Positions 13,048 to 27,595 are shown, numbered from the stretch's first letter. The stretch is DNA of 64,000 nt from Paraspadella gotoi (GCA_051294375.1 CM119269.1:4369673-4433672), one strand, 5' to 3'. Notes: a model not told the origin generated them from the sequence alone. Translations and numbers: made by a program.

Positions 13048-15706
13048 CTGAAAAATAGAAAACGTTAAAAGTATATTACGTTACAAAAAAATTAAAAAAT
13101 TTACATTGAGACTCTCTCCGTTGGAGAGGTTGGAAAATCGATATTTTCTCTATTGGGTATTAGAGATTTCTTAGTGAAAATTATTTGCCTTTCTTTATAT
13201 ATTTTATTCATCGGATATTTTTGGGAAAGGAAAACCTCAGCTTTTGTTGTTTTTTTTTTAATTGTATAATTTTTTTTGGCTTCAAAATTGTAAAAAGTAA
13301 GACGAAACGCAAAAATAAAGGAAGAATAAAAAGAATAAAAGAAAGCCAAAAGATCGGGGAATAAGAAAAAATGCGCCAAAAAAATCATGAAAACAGGAAT
13401 AAGAGTAAATAAAGATTAAGTCTTTGACAGAAATAAAGCCAAGACACTGGTTTTTCCACAAGTCACAAAACATCCTCGCCCTACGAACCTACCCGGACTT
13501 CAACGTAGACGAGTCCTCGAAAACGTTGATGTTTGATAATGATAGGACTCAATAGAATTATAAATGGTTCTCAACCTACGTCTCATTTACAAGCATAGAT
13601 AAAGGAAGCTTAACGGAAAGATTCTAGAGCCGCTTCAGTTCCACTTACAATGGCGCTACTCCGTTATTTTTCTCAACGCACAATTATCACTGGAGGATGA
13701 CGCCCATGACGGTCGTTAACGATTTAGCTTCGCGCAATCAGGCCTTGAGGTGCTCACTGCTCACTGCTCACGGTTGATTTAGCGAAATTTTGACACTCAA
13801 ACGAAAATTGTTGGATATGTACGTATATCAAAAGAGAAAGCACTTTCAAGATTAAAAGCCAATACTGTCGTAAGCATGATAAATGCGCTTATAGTAAGAA
13901 AAAAAAATGGGCGAAGACTTGCTTTTTACGCTCTGATACCCTAATGTTATAAACGACGTCGCAATCTCAAAGATAAAGACATACGAGATCGTAAACGTCG
14001 CATTTAAGCACAAGTCGCTGACACGAGGTTTAAGTTATGGTGGTTGTGAAGGTGTTTCTCCTTCACGCCCGCGGAGTCGCGCGTTCTAGACGTCGCCAGT
14101 TCCTTGTAGAGTGACGAAGGATCTTTTCTACATGAATACTTGAATCTTTTGCTGAATATCGAGTCGAATTATGATGAATATTAAGACGCGAAAAGGTTTC
14201 CAAATATTTATTAATCAAGTATTTAAAAAAGTCCCGTAAAACTGTAATCAGAACGGGTGAAACGTTTTCATTGAGTCCAAAGTAAAAAAGGTGACCAAAC
14301 AAAGATATCAGACCGACAGGTCAAATACGACTCAGATAGAAATAAAAACGTAAACGAGAGAGAGAGAGAGAAAGAGGTTAAACTGTAGGAGGCCAGGCAT
14401 AATATTTCACAGTGGTGATAAGGGAGAAAGAACCTGACGAAATAATCCATACAAATATCCATATAAAAAATCACAACGATATAAGTAACGTTTAGCCAAA
14501 AATACTCGGATTCAAAATGACGGCGAAAATGTCTCGTCTCTCAACGACCGACGACGACGACGACGACGACGACGAAATAAACAGCCGTGGCCGACTATCG
14601 CGCCCTCTTCGCCGAAACCGGCGCCATTTTGTTCCCCAATCGGCATAGAAACCGGAAAACTTTTACTCGAAGAATTTCGGCGAGAAAAAAGAGGATTTGC
14701 GCGCACTCAATTTGGGTAAAAGGGAGGCGACTGGGGAGAGTGAGACGTTGGGGTGAATGGATTACTGTCTCTTCAGGTGTCGCGTAAAGAAGGGGCGTTC
14801 AAGAGAGTCTGAGTGCATGTTTACTTAGGCGGAGCAAGGGAAAAACTAGGAGTTCTGTAATATAATGTAATTTAATGTAATGTAATTCCCAGAAATAACT
14901 AAATTAAATAAGATTTTATGTACTATTAATAGCATAGAAACCTTTAAAGTTTATTATATTACTAAAAATCATAAAATAAAAAAAATTAATAGAATTAAGA
15001 ATTTTTCTGATAAAGCTTGAAAAAATAAATAAAAAATATTATTACACGATGATGAAATTCTAACAATTATAGGGTAGTTCGTGTCAACGAACAAGGAATT
15101 GAAAGGATAAGTGAAGAGTCAAGGGTTTGAAGAAAAATGAAGGGCTGGAAGGGCAGTGACGGTATTAAAGGAGAAAGAGAGAGAGCGAGAGAGAGAGAGA
15201 GAGAGAGAGAGAGCACGCGAGAGAGAGAGCGCGCGAGAGTTTGGTTAAAGTATTAAGGAGAAATTTATGGACGAGAAAAAAAATAGAAGGTAGAATGAAA
15301 AAAAAATCTGAATTTTTTTGATAAATCAAAAAAAAAAAGAAGATAATAAAGGCGTGTATCTGAAAGTTTTTTTTATACATTAACAGAAAATAATAAATAA
15401 GGGAATTTTAAAGTCTTTTAATATATTAAAAGAAAATAATAAAAAAGGAAATTTTAAAGTTTTTTCATATATTAAAAGAATATAATAAAAGCGGAAATTT
15501 CTAAGTTTTTTTATATATTAACAGAATGTAATGCAACTTTATTTCATAATGTCTAGGGGTGTTTAAGCAATATGCATATATTATAAAATTTTAGAATCCC
15601 CAGACTTAAAAAAAAAAAAGAAGGAAAGTCACCATCGTCCAGTTGATCTTCTTGCACGACGCTCATCGCGCCGACTCGATAATTGATCGACGCGGAAGCG
15701 CTCTCT

Positions 15707-15743
<37 letters not shown>

Positions 15744-15748
15744 TCTCT

Positions 15749-15779
<31 letters not shown>

Positions 15780-17594
15780 CTCAATGATTTCTTCCTTCAG
15801 CTAAAGTTTTGGTTGACTCGGGTAATTAGTATAATGTTTTAATTTCAAAAATTCTACATTGTTATTTAATAGAAAACTACGTATGTATGTTCTCAACACA
15901 CAACTTAGAAAGAAAAATTCGTTTCACGGAGTTGAGTCTTTGAGAAAAACGTTGTAAATCAATCTTTATTGCTTAAAAAAAAGATAACGATGTTTCTTCA
16001 TTTTTCTGCCAAGTTATTTTGAATGAACAATCGTAAATTGAAAGATAGAAAAAAAAATCACAACTTATAGATTCCGCATTGAAAATGAGTTAGTTAGGCA
16101 ATGGCTGACTACAGTTACACTTTTTAGTAAGCATGCGAAGACCATGAAAATTGGACAAAGTCACCTTTTCCTACAGTGAAACATAAAAAAAAATTTACAA
16201 AAAAAATTGAGATTTCAATCTTCATTTGCAGTCCTCTGCGTCATTATAGTTGTTGTCAAAAGGGAACGACATAAAAGAGCGAAATAAAGAATAATGACGG
16301 GCTTGTTGTTTACTTGCAACTTTCACAAACTGAGGAAACAAAAACGCCATACATAAATATTTATGTATTGGGTTTTTGGTAATCTTTTCGCTTGAAAGAT
16401 CCGACGCCTTGGTCCATCATCAATTCATCATTGTCGGCTTCACCGTCGCCACCATCATTGTCATTGTTTCCATTTTCATCCTCATTATCCCAATTGTCAA
16501 TGTTGTCATCATCGCCATCAATTTAATGCTGTTGCGGCATCGTGTCGACGCCTTCACCATTGACGCAATCGACATGGTCGTCGTCATCGTCGTCGTTATC
16601 GTCGTCGTCATCTTCGTCGTCATCGTCGTCATCTTCGTCGTCATCGTCGTCTTCGTCGTCATCGTCGTCGTCATCGTCGTCATTTTCGTCGTCTTCGACA
16701 TCTTTCCCTCTCTCTTCTTTTTTTAGCCTCGGGACGAAGAAGGAAAAAAGAAGTGAATAGCAAAGTGCTGACCTCGTCGTGTGAAGACTGAAGAGGCTTT
16801 CTCATTTCTTTTCGCATTTCGGGATTTTTCACTTTTTTTTTTCTCTTTTTCTCTTTTCACAACTGACCCTATTACATAGCTTTGGTCGACTTGTTTTTTT
16901 TTAATTACTCGACCTTACTTTCTTTTTTCTTTCGATCTGTATTATTATTATATCTGTAAACGTTAAGCTAAAGTGGAATTCAAAATAATAGCTGACTTTA
17001 TTGTAATCCCCTAGGACGCGAAAAAAAAATTAGGCCATTAAAATTTAGTGTCAATTTGCATAAGAACATACATAACAGAATTCCTTTTCTAGCTCTATTG
17101 TTTTCAGTATCACATACATGTATAAACGCGTGTATAAGAGTTCTGTTGGAATGTCAGTTATTATTATTATTATTTATTATTATACGAAACTCTTATCAAA
17201 TATCAGTATATTTAATTGTCAATGGGTTAACGTTTTAATGCTTTTATAGTGTAATAAAAAATGGAGAGAGCTTCTCTTCCACTTAGCATTCTACAATCTA
17301 CATAGAGAAAAGAGATGCACCCGGCCTGTCCGCCGTGTCCGGGCAACAATCGGGCGTGATGGCCCAATTGTGCTCATTGTTGACGCGTCTCTCTTTACTT
17401 TTCGCAATAACGGATCGAATTTAAAAAAAAAAGACCAAGAAAAACAAACAATTATTGTTAAAAGAATTCGATAGAGATTGATATACTATATATATTTATA
17501 TAAATGTACGATGAGATAAATTATTGTCAATAAGTCGCAGAAACCCTTTTGAAACCCCTTTGAATCTTTCTCAAATCTCCCATTTGTCACATTT

Positions 17595-17663
17595 TCAGCA
17601 TCTGGAAACTTTGGCCAAAACCGCTTCACAATTTGGACATTTGTGAGTCGCGTCCTTGAAAGG
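17595..17663 (-). CDS. LITAF-domain protein, terminal exon with HxCPxC (copy 1)
   Basis: ttcacAG|PFKDATHKCPNCEAVLAKVSRC-TGA matches the LITAF KDxxHxCPxC C-terminus. Confidence 0.88.
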   Translation of the reverse strand, partial: PFKDATHKCPNCEAVLAKVSRC

Positions 17664-17773
17664 CTGTGAATGGAAGAGAAAGTGTTTGGTTAATGGTTAA
17701 TTAATTAATTAATTAATTAAATCAATGCGTTTTGAAGTATGTAGAAACAAACTTACCTAAAACAAAAAGAATG

Positions 17774-17895
17774 AATGAAACTCACCCGAAAGAGAAAGCG
17801 AAGGAAAAAGGAAAGAATGAAACTCACCCGAAAGAGAAAGGGAAGGAAAAAGGAAAAAATGAAACTCACCCGAAAGAGAAAGGGAAGGAAAAAGA
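17774..17895. repeat. 42-bp tandem repeat x3 spanning the LITAF exon/intron boundary
   Basis: actcacccgaaagagaaag recurs at a 42-bp period. Confidence 0.9.
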
Positions 17896-17974
17896 GAAGG
17901 ACTGTGAAGACGAAGAGAAAAAAGGCGCAACAGAGCCCGAGGCCTCCGAGGCTCCAGTCGATCACAGTCTCCAC
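17870..17974 (-). CDS. LITAF-domain protein, hydrophobic middle exon (copy 1)
   Basis: aatcttAG|VETVIDWSLGGLGLCCAFFLFVFTVLLFFLPFLFR|gtgagt; phase 0 at both ends, joining CPQCGSK to PFKD. Confidence 0.85.
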
Positions 17975-18141
17975 CTAAGATTATCAAAGGATATATATGT
18001 AATCTCTAATTGTCAAAATATATTGTTCTAAAATTCGCGGCAAATGATTTTACACGAAATTACATTTTAAAAAACTATTTCCGCCGACTAATTTTAATCA
18101 AATTTGTTTCGGTTTTAAAAAATACTAATTTTTTTCTGCTT

Positions 18142-18223
<82 letters not shown>

Positions 18224-18643
18224 TTTATCATCGTCGTCGTCGTCGACGTCTTCGTCGTCGTTGTTATTGTTGTATTTTTCTTAACTCGACGCATCCGAGG
18301 TTTCATCATTTCCGGCGCCAGAGGGCGTCGGCCGTCGGGTTGCCTCCTCACAAATTTATCAATTTTTTTACAGTTTGAATCAGGGGTATTTTGTTTTGGA
18401 GAGAGAAGAGAGAACAATGAGAGAGTAGAGAGAGAGAAGAGAGAGAGAGAGATGGAGAGATGAAGAAAGAGAAAGAGAGAAGAAAGAGAAAGAAGAGAGA
18501 GAGAAGAGAGAGCGGAGGATAGAAGAAAAAAAGTAGAAAGACCGCTTATAGGGCGTATGTTTGCAAATATAGTGGTATCCTGTAACACATACTTGGAAAT
18601 TTCTTTTGCGACAAAAAGGCGGTCGACCTCAAAGAATAAAAAT

Positions 18644-18709
<66 letters not shown>

Positions 18710-18978
18710 AGAGAGAAGAGAGAGAAAGTTAAAAGAAAGATGGAATGATGGTAAAGAGAAAGACTCACAGAGACAAGACTTTTTTTAATTTTCATTCGTA
18801 TAAATAAGTAGGGCTATGTATACAATAGACAAAAATATCAAAAATTATTATATAAATAAGTAAGGGCTATGTATACAAAAAATTATTTTAATGAAAAGGC
18901 TCTCAATTTAAAATATTTCTATTGTAAATCGAGTTGAATCTCGACGCATAGAATTTAATTTTAATTTCCTGCGCCGCG

Positions 18979-20369
18979 CAACTATCTCGAATAATTTTTT
19001 TATCGGAAATAAGGTTAGTTCATCGTACAAAATATATACTTTTTAATTAATTAGGCTATCATCGAAACAGGCGGTGCGTCACGCAATATCAGTTGTCAAA
19101 AATCATTTCTTTAGGAAGATATAGCACATTTCTCTATTTCAGACTCCCACTTTGGTCGGGCCTATATTCCTGGAACTTCTATGATGGGAATTTACTTTTT
19201 TTTAAATCTTGATAAACAACTGGATACTAGCATGGATTAAATACTATTGTTCTAAAAAATGTTTTACTGTATTGAGTGTTTGAAAACATAGCTTAAATTA
19301 TATAGGGAATCATGGGGAATCACTACCATTCTATTAAATATAATGATAATATTATATGGACTTGATGTATTCGGGATTTCATCCGCATCGAATCCCGCAA
19401 AATGAGTAATGCCAAAATGATTTCAAATTAATTTTTTTTTTCTAACACCTTGATAGAACCATTTACTAATAACTTATTTTTTTCAACAACTGCGATTTTG
19501 GAAGTGGTTTAGACTAATTGGTCTTATGGCTGGAAAGACTCAGAGTCACAGCATGGGATCGACAAATGGATTATTTGTTTAGGGTTTTCGGTAGCGGATA
19601 AGGTTAGATTAGGGGATAGAGATTAGGGTTATGGATTAGTGTCTAGAGATTAGGGTTAGGGATTAGGGTTAGGGATTAGGGTTAGGATTAAGTGTTGTCT
19701 TCCTACGCGTTAAGATACTCTTCAGAAGGGTGAGCAATCTGACAGGACAAACCCCGCTCATCACTAACTTTTACAATAAAAAAAATGTTGGCTTGCCTTG
19801 GGTGCGTGTCTCATGGTCCGGATAGAAGAATCGACAGAGAACAACGACGATAATTTGAAATTATTGAACGATGGAGGAAACACAGTTGTAAAAATACTGA
19901 TCTAGAAATTTAGACATCAATATGTTTCTTTAAAAGAAGGAAAAGCTAAAAAAAAAACCAATATTTGTAACTTCATAATTAATAATTATTCACTCCAATC
20001 TCTATTTTGAGACGCCTACATCTTTATCAAAAAAATAGTAGTTAAAACACGTTAGTACTATTACCTTCCTCGCTTAAACTTGATACTGGAATCGAAAATT
20101 GCTCTTAAAACTTTTGTTTTAGCGTATTTTGGAGAGGCAAAAAAAATATAAAAAAAAGCTAAAACAAAATGCGCGAGCGTTCGGGTATTTCTTTAGGAAT
20201 CGCGTAAAAAAATCAATTTTACAATTTTTGTCCTTTTGGAAAATATTAAGGATTTTTTAAGCGAGAAAGAACCTCTAAAAGTTTTCAAGAATTACTCTGG
20301 TTAGCTATCCGAATATGCCATTATATAATTTTTTCCGATTTTTACCGTTTCAACCTTCGAATCATAGTG
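18979..20369. mobile_element. Transib-like element, redundant copy
   Basis: Colinear with 27596-28968, with the same flanks and right end ttcgaatCATAGTG. Confidence 0.7.
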
Positions 20370-21551
20370 CGGCGGTCTGCCTGCTCTTTGAAATCCGCCA
20401 CGGGCTCTCTGCCCATTTTACAGACTTATTTTTATTATATCATGAATTGAGTCCTTAATTTTTTTACTTAAATTCACATGGGTTTAATATCTCTCGTTGT
20501 AAAAAAAAAAATATTAATGAGGAGAGGTCATGAGAGGAAACATCGAGAGAAAAAAAAGCCTGGGCGCAGTTCGTCGGGTCCAATCTCTAAAATACAGTTA
20601 CAACCTAGCTCTTTAAAACCACATAAGTTTTGTTGTTAATTTAAAAGCCGAAGGATCTTTTTTCGATCTTCGTTTTATCTGACTTTGGGCGGGAAACGAA
20701 AAAAAAATCCACCTTTCACCTCGAGCAAAAAAAAACACCAAAAGACTAACGTTTTTTCTTTTTTATTTCTCCATGGGGGCTCCACGTCGATGATGTCTTT
20801 TAGACAACGAAATCTGAACTTCAATAAATTACCATCTTTCTTGATCTCAATTAGTTAGTATGAAGCTTACTTCATTAAAAAAAACGGTAGTCCAAGTTAT
20901 CTCCTTCTTATCACTTAGAACTTCCAGGTAAATTTCTATGAGTTAAAAATACGTAAGACATGATTTCTTCAATGATTGTTTATCCTAATCCCATATTAAC
21001 TGCGTAATTTTAGATATAAGTATGTCGAATTTTTATGGTATAGATCATTTTTAAAGATCGAATTCCTCATAAGAATCTTCACGTCTTTTTACTTACATAA
21101 AAGTTTTTAGGTTAGAACGCCACATTATCTGATACAATTTTTTTTTCTAATACGCTTTCCGGATCTTTTTTTCTTCACTCTTTTCTTCTCTTTCTTTATA
21201 TTTTCCTCTTGCTCTTTCCTCCCTTACTTCTCACTCTGTCATTTACCATTTTTTTGCCCCTACCTTTTTCTGCCACTCATGGCACTTTCCTCACATTTTT
21301 TTCTTCCTTCTCTCTTTCCCTTTCTTTCCCTCTTTTTCTTTCCATTTTTCCCTCATTCTACCTTTTATTTGTCTCACTATTTTTCCTCCCCATTTGCCTT
21401 CTTTTTTTCCTTTCGCCCTGTCTTTATTCTCTCCTCTTCTCTTTTTTCTTGTTTTCCATTTCGTCTTCGCCTCTCACAACGTTTACATTGAGCAAATCAA
21501 AGAAAATATTTAAAATGCATTATAAGAAAGGAAAATCAACGGTAGCGCGTG

Positions 21552-21576
21552 NNNNNNNNNNNNNNNNNNNNNNNNN
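21552..21576. other. Assembly gap of 25 N (also 29696-29720, 41368-41392, 46344-46368, 50288-50312; 10 N at 7158 and 63792; 160 N at 62403-62562)
   Basis: Counted N runs. Confidence 0.98.
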
Positions 21577-22405
21577 AAAAAAAAACACAAAAAAACACCA
21601 GCATGGTAAAGTTGCGATTCGCTCGAAATTAATTTTCGATGAGCAGGAAGTGAAAATGTGAAAAACAAAAGGGAATCCGGGCGAAAGGGAAGGAAGAGTA
21701 GTTTCAAAAAAGAAAAAGAAAAAAAAAGAATTTGATCGTGAATCGATGTTTCTCCATGGAGAAATAAAAAAGAAAAACGTTAGTCTTTTGTGTTTTTTTT
21801 TTTGCTCGAGGTGAAAAGGTGGATTTTTTTTTCGTTTCCCGCCCAAAGTCAGATAAACGAAGATCGAAAAAAGATCCTTCGCTTTTAAATTAACAACAAA
21901 ACTTATGTGGTTTTAAAGAGGCTTAGGTTGTAACTGTATTTTAGAGATTGGGACGACGAAACTGCGCCCAGGCTTTTTTTTCTCTCGATGTTTCCTCTCA
22001 TGACCCTCGCTCATAATATTTTTTTTTTACAAACGAGAGATAATTAACCCATTGTGAATTTAAGTAAAACAAATTAAAGGACTCAATTCATGATATAATA
22101 AAATAAGTCTGTAAAATGGGCAGAGGACCGTGGCGGATTTCAAAGAGCAGGCGACCGCGGCGGAAATTTAAAATTTAAATTCTATGGTCGAGATTCAACT
22201 CGATTTACAATAGAAATAATTTTAAAATTGAGAGCCTTTTCATTAAAATAATTTTTGTATACATAGCTTACTTATTTATATAATAATTTTTGCATATTTT
22301 TGTCTATTTTTGTATACATAGCTTACTTATTTATACGAATAGAAAATAAAAAAAGTCTTTCTCTGTAGTCTTCTCTTTACCATCATTCCATCTTTCTTTA
22401 TACTT

Positions 22406-22442
<37 letters not shown>

Positions 22443-23624
22443 TACGACTTTTTAAATACTTTGATTAATAAATATTTGGAAACCTTCGCCTCTAATATTC
22501 ATTCCATATTCGACTCATTATTCCAGGCAAAAAAGATCAATATTCATGTTTACGAAAAATCCTTCGTCAACTCTACAAGGAACTGGCGAGTCTAGAACGC
22601 GCGACTCCCGGCGAAGGAGAAACACCTTCGCAACACCATAACTTAAACCTCGTGTCACCGACTTTGCTTAAATGCGACGTTTACGTCTCGATAATGTCTT
22701 TATCTTTGAGATTGCGACGTCGTTTACAACATTAGGTGTATCAGAGCGTAAAAAGCAAGTCTTCCCCCATTTTTTTTCTTACTATATCAAGCGCATTTAT
22801 TCTGGCTTACGAAGTATTCGCTTTTAATCCTGTTAAGTGCTTTTCTCTTTTGATATACGTACATATCCAACAATTTTTTTGAGGTGTCAAAATTCGCCTA
22901 AATCAACCTGGAGCAGTGAGACCCAAGGCCTGAGTGCGCCAAGCCTGAATCGGTTAACGAACCGTTCATGGCGTCATCCTTCAGTGATAATTGTGCGTGA
23001 GAAGAAAGAAAACGGAGTTGCCGCCATTGTAAGTGGAACTGAAGCGGCTCTAGAATTCTTTCCGTTAAACTCCTTTATCTATGCTTGTAAAATGCAGACG
23101 TAGTTAAGAACCAGTATTAATTCTATGTGAGTCTTGATCATTATCAAAACATCAACGTTTTCGAGGACTTCGTCTAACGTTGAAGTCCGGTAGTTCGTAG
23201 GCGAGAGTTTTGTGAACTTGAAAACCGTGGCTTGGCTTTATTTCTGTCAAAGACTTAATCCTTATTTAACTCTTATTCCTGTTTTCATGATTTTTTTGGC
23301 GCATTTTTTCTATTCCCGATCTTTTGGCTTTCTTTTATTCTTTTTATTCTCATTTATTTTTCCGTTCGTTTTACTTTTTTACCAATTTTGAAGCCAAAAA
23401 AATTATACAATTAAAAAAAAAAACAACAAAAGCTGAGCGTTTCCTTCCCAAAAATATCCGATGAGATAAAATATATAAAGAAAGGCAAAAATTTCACTTT
23501 AAGAAATCTCTAATACCCATAGAGAAAAATACGATTTCCAAACCTCTCCAACGGAGAGGTCTCATGTAAAATTTTTTAATTTTTTGTAACTTAATATTTA
23601 CTTTTAACGTTTTCTATTTTTCAG

Positions 23625-24701
23625 AAACCCGAGCTGACGACGTCGCCGACGGACGACGACGCCAAACACGAGACGGACGAGCGACGACGACGACGACGGG
23701 GAGAGTTCGGCATTCGAACCCAAAGAAGACGCAAATGCCCACAATGGATCGAAGGTCTACGACGGTGTCTGATTGGACAAGTTGAACAAGTCTGGATGTC
23801 TCTTGAGAGATGAGAGAGAGAGAGAGATGAGAGAGAGAGAGAGGAAGAGAAGAGAGACGAGAGAGAGAGAGAGATGAGAGAGAGAGGATGAGAGAGAGAG
23901 AGAGAGGAAGCGCTTTAAAAAGTGATAAATTTTGAGGAGGCGACCCGCACGGCCCGACGCCCTCTGGCCGCCGGAAATGATGAAACCTCGGATGCGTCGA
24001 AGTTAAGAAAAATACAACCATAACAACACGACGAAGACGTCGACGACGACGACGATGATAAAGATGATGATGATGTTGATGATGATGATGATGATGATTG
24101 ATGATTGATGATGATGATGATGTGATGATGATTAAGCAGAAAAAAAAATCTAGTATTTTTTAAAACCGAAACAAATTTGAATTTTAAAATTAGCCGGCGG
24201 AAATATTTTTTAAAATTGTAATTTCGTGTAAATCATTTGCCGCGAATTTTAGAACAATATGATTTTTGACAATTAGAGATTACTATATATCCTGTTGATA
24301 ATCTTAGGTGGAGACTGTGATCGACTGGAGCCTCGGAGGGCCTCGGGCTCTGTTGCGCCTTTTTTCTCTTCGTCTTCACAGTCCTTCTCTTTTTCCTTTC
24401 CCTTTCTCTGTTCGTTGAGTTTCATTTTTCCTTTTTCCCTTCGCCTTTCTCTTTTCGGGTGATTTCATTCTTTCCTTTTCCTCCCTTTTCTCTTTCGGGT
24501 GAGTTTCATTCATCTTTTGTTTTAGTAAGTTTGCTTTCTACATACTTCAAAAGCATTTATTTAATTAATTAATATAATTAATTAATTAATTAATTAATTA
24601 ACCAAACACTTTCTCTCCATGTTTCACAGCCTTTCAAGCGACGCGACTCACAAATTGTTCCAAATTGTGAAGCGGTTTGGCCTAAAGTTTCCAGATGCTA
24701 A
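23625..24701 (+). CDS. LITAF-domain gene, copy 2, exons in colinear order (23625-23754, 24308-about 24414, 24630-24701); indel-corrupted
   Basis: Reverse complement of the three copy-1 exons with the same splice sites and many 1-nt indels. Confidence 0.75.
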
Positions 24702-25609
24702 AATGTGACAAATGGGAGATTTTGAGAAAGATCAAAGGGTTTCAAAAAGGGTTTCTGCGACTTTATTGACATAATTATCTCATCGGTACATTTATATAAT
24801 AATATATTATAGTATATCAATCTCTATCGAATTCTTTTAACAATAATTGTTTGTTTTCTTGGTTCTTTTTTTTTAAAATTCGCATCCGATATTGCGAAAG
24901 AGAGACGCGTCAACAATGAGCACAATTGGGCCATCACGCCCGATTGTTGCCCGACACGCCGGACAGGCCGGGTGATCTCTATTCTCTATGTAGATTGTAG
25001 ATTGCTAAGTGGAAGAAGAAGCTCCTCTCCATTTTTTATTACACTATAAAAGCATTAAAACGTTAAGCCCATTTGAAACAATATAAATATACTGATATTT
25101 GATAAGAGTTTCGTATAATAATAAATAATAATAATAATAACTTACATTTCCAACAGAACTCTTATACACGCGTTTATACATGTATGTTGATACTGAAAAC
25201 AATAGAAGCTAGAAAAGGAATTCTGTTATGTATGTTCTTATGTTAATAGCACACTAAAATTTTAATGGGCCTAATTTTTTTTTCGCGTCCAGGGGATTAC
25301 AATAAAGTAGCTATTATTTTTGAATTCCACTTTAGCTTAACGTTTTACAGAATATAATAATATACAGATCGAAAGAAAAAAGAAAGTAAGGTCGAGTAAA
25401 TTAAAAAAACAAAGTCGGACCAAAGCTTACTAATTGGGTCAGTTGTGAAAAGAGAAAAAGAGGAAAAAAAAGTGAAAAATCCCGGAAATGCGAAAAAGAA
25501 ATGAGAAAGCCTCTTCAGTCTTCACACGACGAGTCAGCACTTTGCTATTCACTTCTTTTTTCCTTCTTCGTCCGGGCTAAAAAAAGGAGAGAGAGGAAAG
25601 ATGTACGAA

Positions 25610-26220
25610 ACGACGAAAATGACGACGATGACGACGACTATGACGACGAAACGACGATGACGACGATGATGACGACGATGACGACGAAGATGACGATGAC
25701 GACGAAGAGGACGATGACGACGAAGATTGATGACGATGGACGACGATGACGATACGACGAGGATGACGACCGGATGACGACGACGAGAGACGAAGACGAC
25801 AAAGATGACGACGATGATGACGACGATGAAATTGATGACGACGAATGAGGGAACGATTGACGACGCAGATTGATGCGAGACGACGAGGACGATGACGCGA
25901 AGATGACGACGATGACGACGAAGATATTGATGATGACGAAGACGACCAAAGATGCGACATGATGACGACGATGGACAATGATGAACGAGCGAAGAGGGAC
26001 GATACGACGAAGGCGACGAAAGATGACGACGATGACGACGAAGACGACGATGACGACGAAAGAACGACAAAGATGACGACGATGATGACGACGATGACAA
26101 TGATGACGACGAGAGGACGATGACGAGCGAAGAGGACTGATGACGACGAAGATGACCGACGATGACGACGAAGACGACGAGACGACGAAGATGGACGAGC
26201 ACGATACGACGACGATACGA
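25610..26220. repeat. (GAC/GAT)n tract, about 600 bp here versus about 125 bp in the inverted copy at 16577-16700
   Basis: Direct reading; the flanks match in reverse complement. Confidence 0.9.
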
Positions 26221-27595
26221 ACCGACCATTCGATTGCGTCAATGGTGAAGCCGTCGACCAGATGCCAAACAGCATTAAATGATGGCGATGATGACAACAT
26301 TGACAATTGGGATAATGAGGATGAAAATGGAAACAATGACAAGATGGTGGCGACGGTGAGCCGACAAAGATGAATCTTGATGATGGACCAAGGCGTGTCG
26401 GATCTTTTCAAGCGAAAGATTACTCAAAAACCCACATACATAATATTTTTATGTATGGCGTTTTTGTTTCCTCAGTTTGTGAAAGTGCAAGTAAACAAAA
26501 TAGCCCTCATTATTCTTTATTTCGCTCTTTTTATGTCGTTCCTTTTGACAACAACTATAATGACGCAGACTGCAAATGAGATTGAAATCTCAATTTTTTT
26601 GTAAATTTTTTTTTATGTTTCACTGTAAGGAAAAGGTGACTTTGTCCAATTTCATTGTCTCGCATGCTTACTTAAAAAGTTGTAACTATAGTCAGCCATT
26701 TGCCTAACAACCTCATTCATGCGGAAATTCTATAGTTGTGATTTTTTTTTTTATCTTTCAATTTACGAATTGTTCATTCAAAATAAACTTGGCCAGAAAA
26801 ATGAAGAAACATCGTTATCTTTTTTTAAGCAATAAAAGATGATTGTACAACGTTTTTTCTCAAGACTTCAAACTCCGTGAAACGAATTTTTCTTTCTAAG
26901 GTTGTGTTGTGAGAACATTACATACGTAGTTTTCTATTAAATAACATTGTATAATTTTTGAAATTAAACATTTATTACTAATAACCAGAGTAACCAAAAC
27001 TTAAGCTGAAGGAAGAAATTCATTTTAAGTTTGAATCAGGGTATTTGTTTTGAGAGAGAGAGAGAATGAGAGAGAGAGATGAGGAGAAGAGAGAGAGAGA
27101 GAGAGAAGAAAGAGAAAGAGAGAGAGAAGAGGGAGGTAGAAAAAAAAAGGACCCCTATAAGGGGTCGTTGTTTGCAGAAGATATAGTATTCCTGTAACAC
27201 AGCATTTACTTGGAAATTTCTTTTGTCGACAAAAAGGCGCGTCGACCTCAAAGAATAAAATTTTAAAAAAAAGAGAGAGAGAAGGAGAGAGAGACGAGAG
27301 AGAGAGAGAGAGAGAGAGAAGAGAGAGAGAGAAGAAGAGAGAGAGAAAGTATAAAAAAGATGGAATGATGGTAAAAGAGAAGATACAGAGAAAGACTTTT
27401 TTTATTTTCTATCGATAAATAGTAAGCATATGTATTACAAAAATAGACAAAAAAATATGCAAAAATATTATATAAATAAGTAAGCTATGTATACAAAAAT
27501 TATTTAATGAAAAGGCTCTCAATTTAAAATTATTTTCTATTGTAAATCGAGTTGAATCTCGACCATAGAATTTAAATTTTTAATTTCCGCCGCGG

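Noticed and set aside
14560-14720. GC-rich AAAATGGCG promoter-like patch (minus strand), possible LITAF start
   Set aside because: The ATG frame closes after 10 codons, motif-only evidence is too weak, and block order is unreliable.
17732-18031. Plus-strand ORF with NETHPKEKGKEKGK repeats
   Set aside because: Antisense shadow of the LITAF exon and its 42-bp repeat.
25549-26411. Three overlapping ORFs of 226-257 aa
   Set aside because: (GAC/GAT)n microsatellite; its length differs about fivefold between copies.
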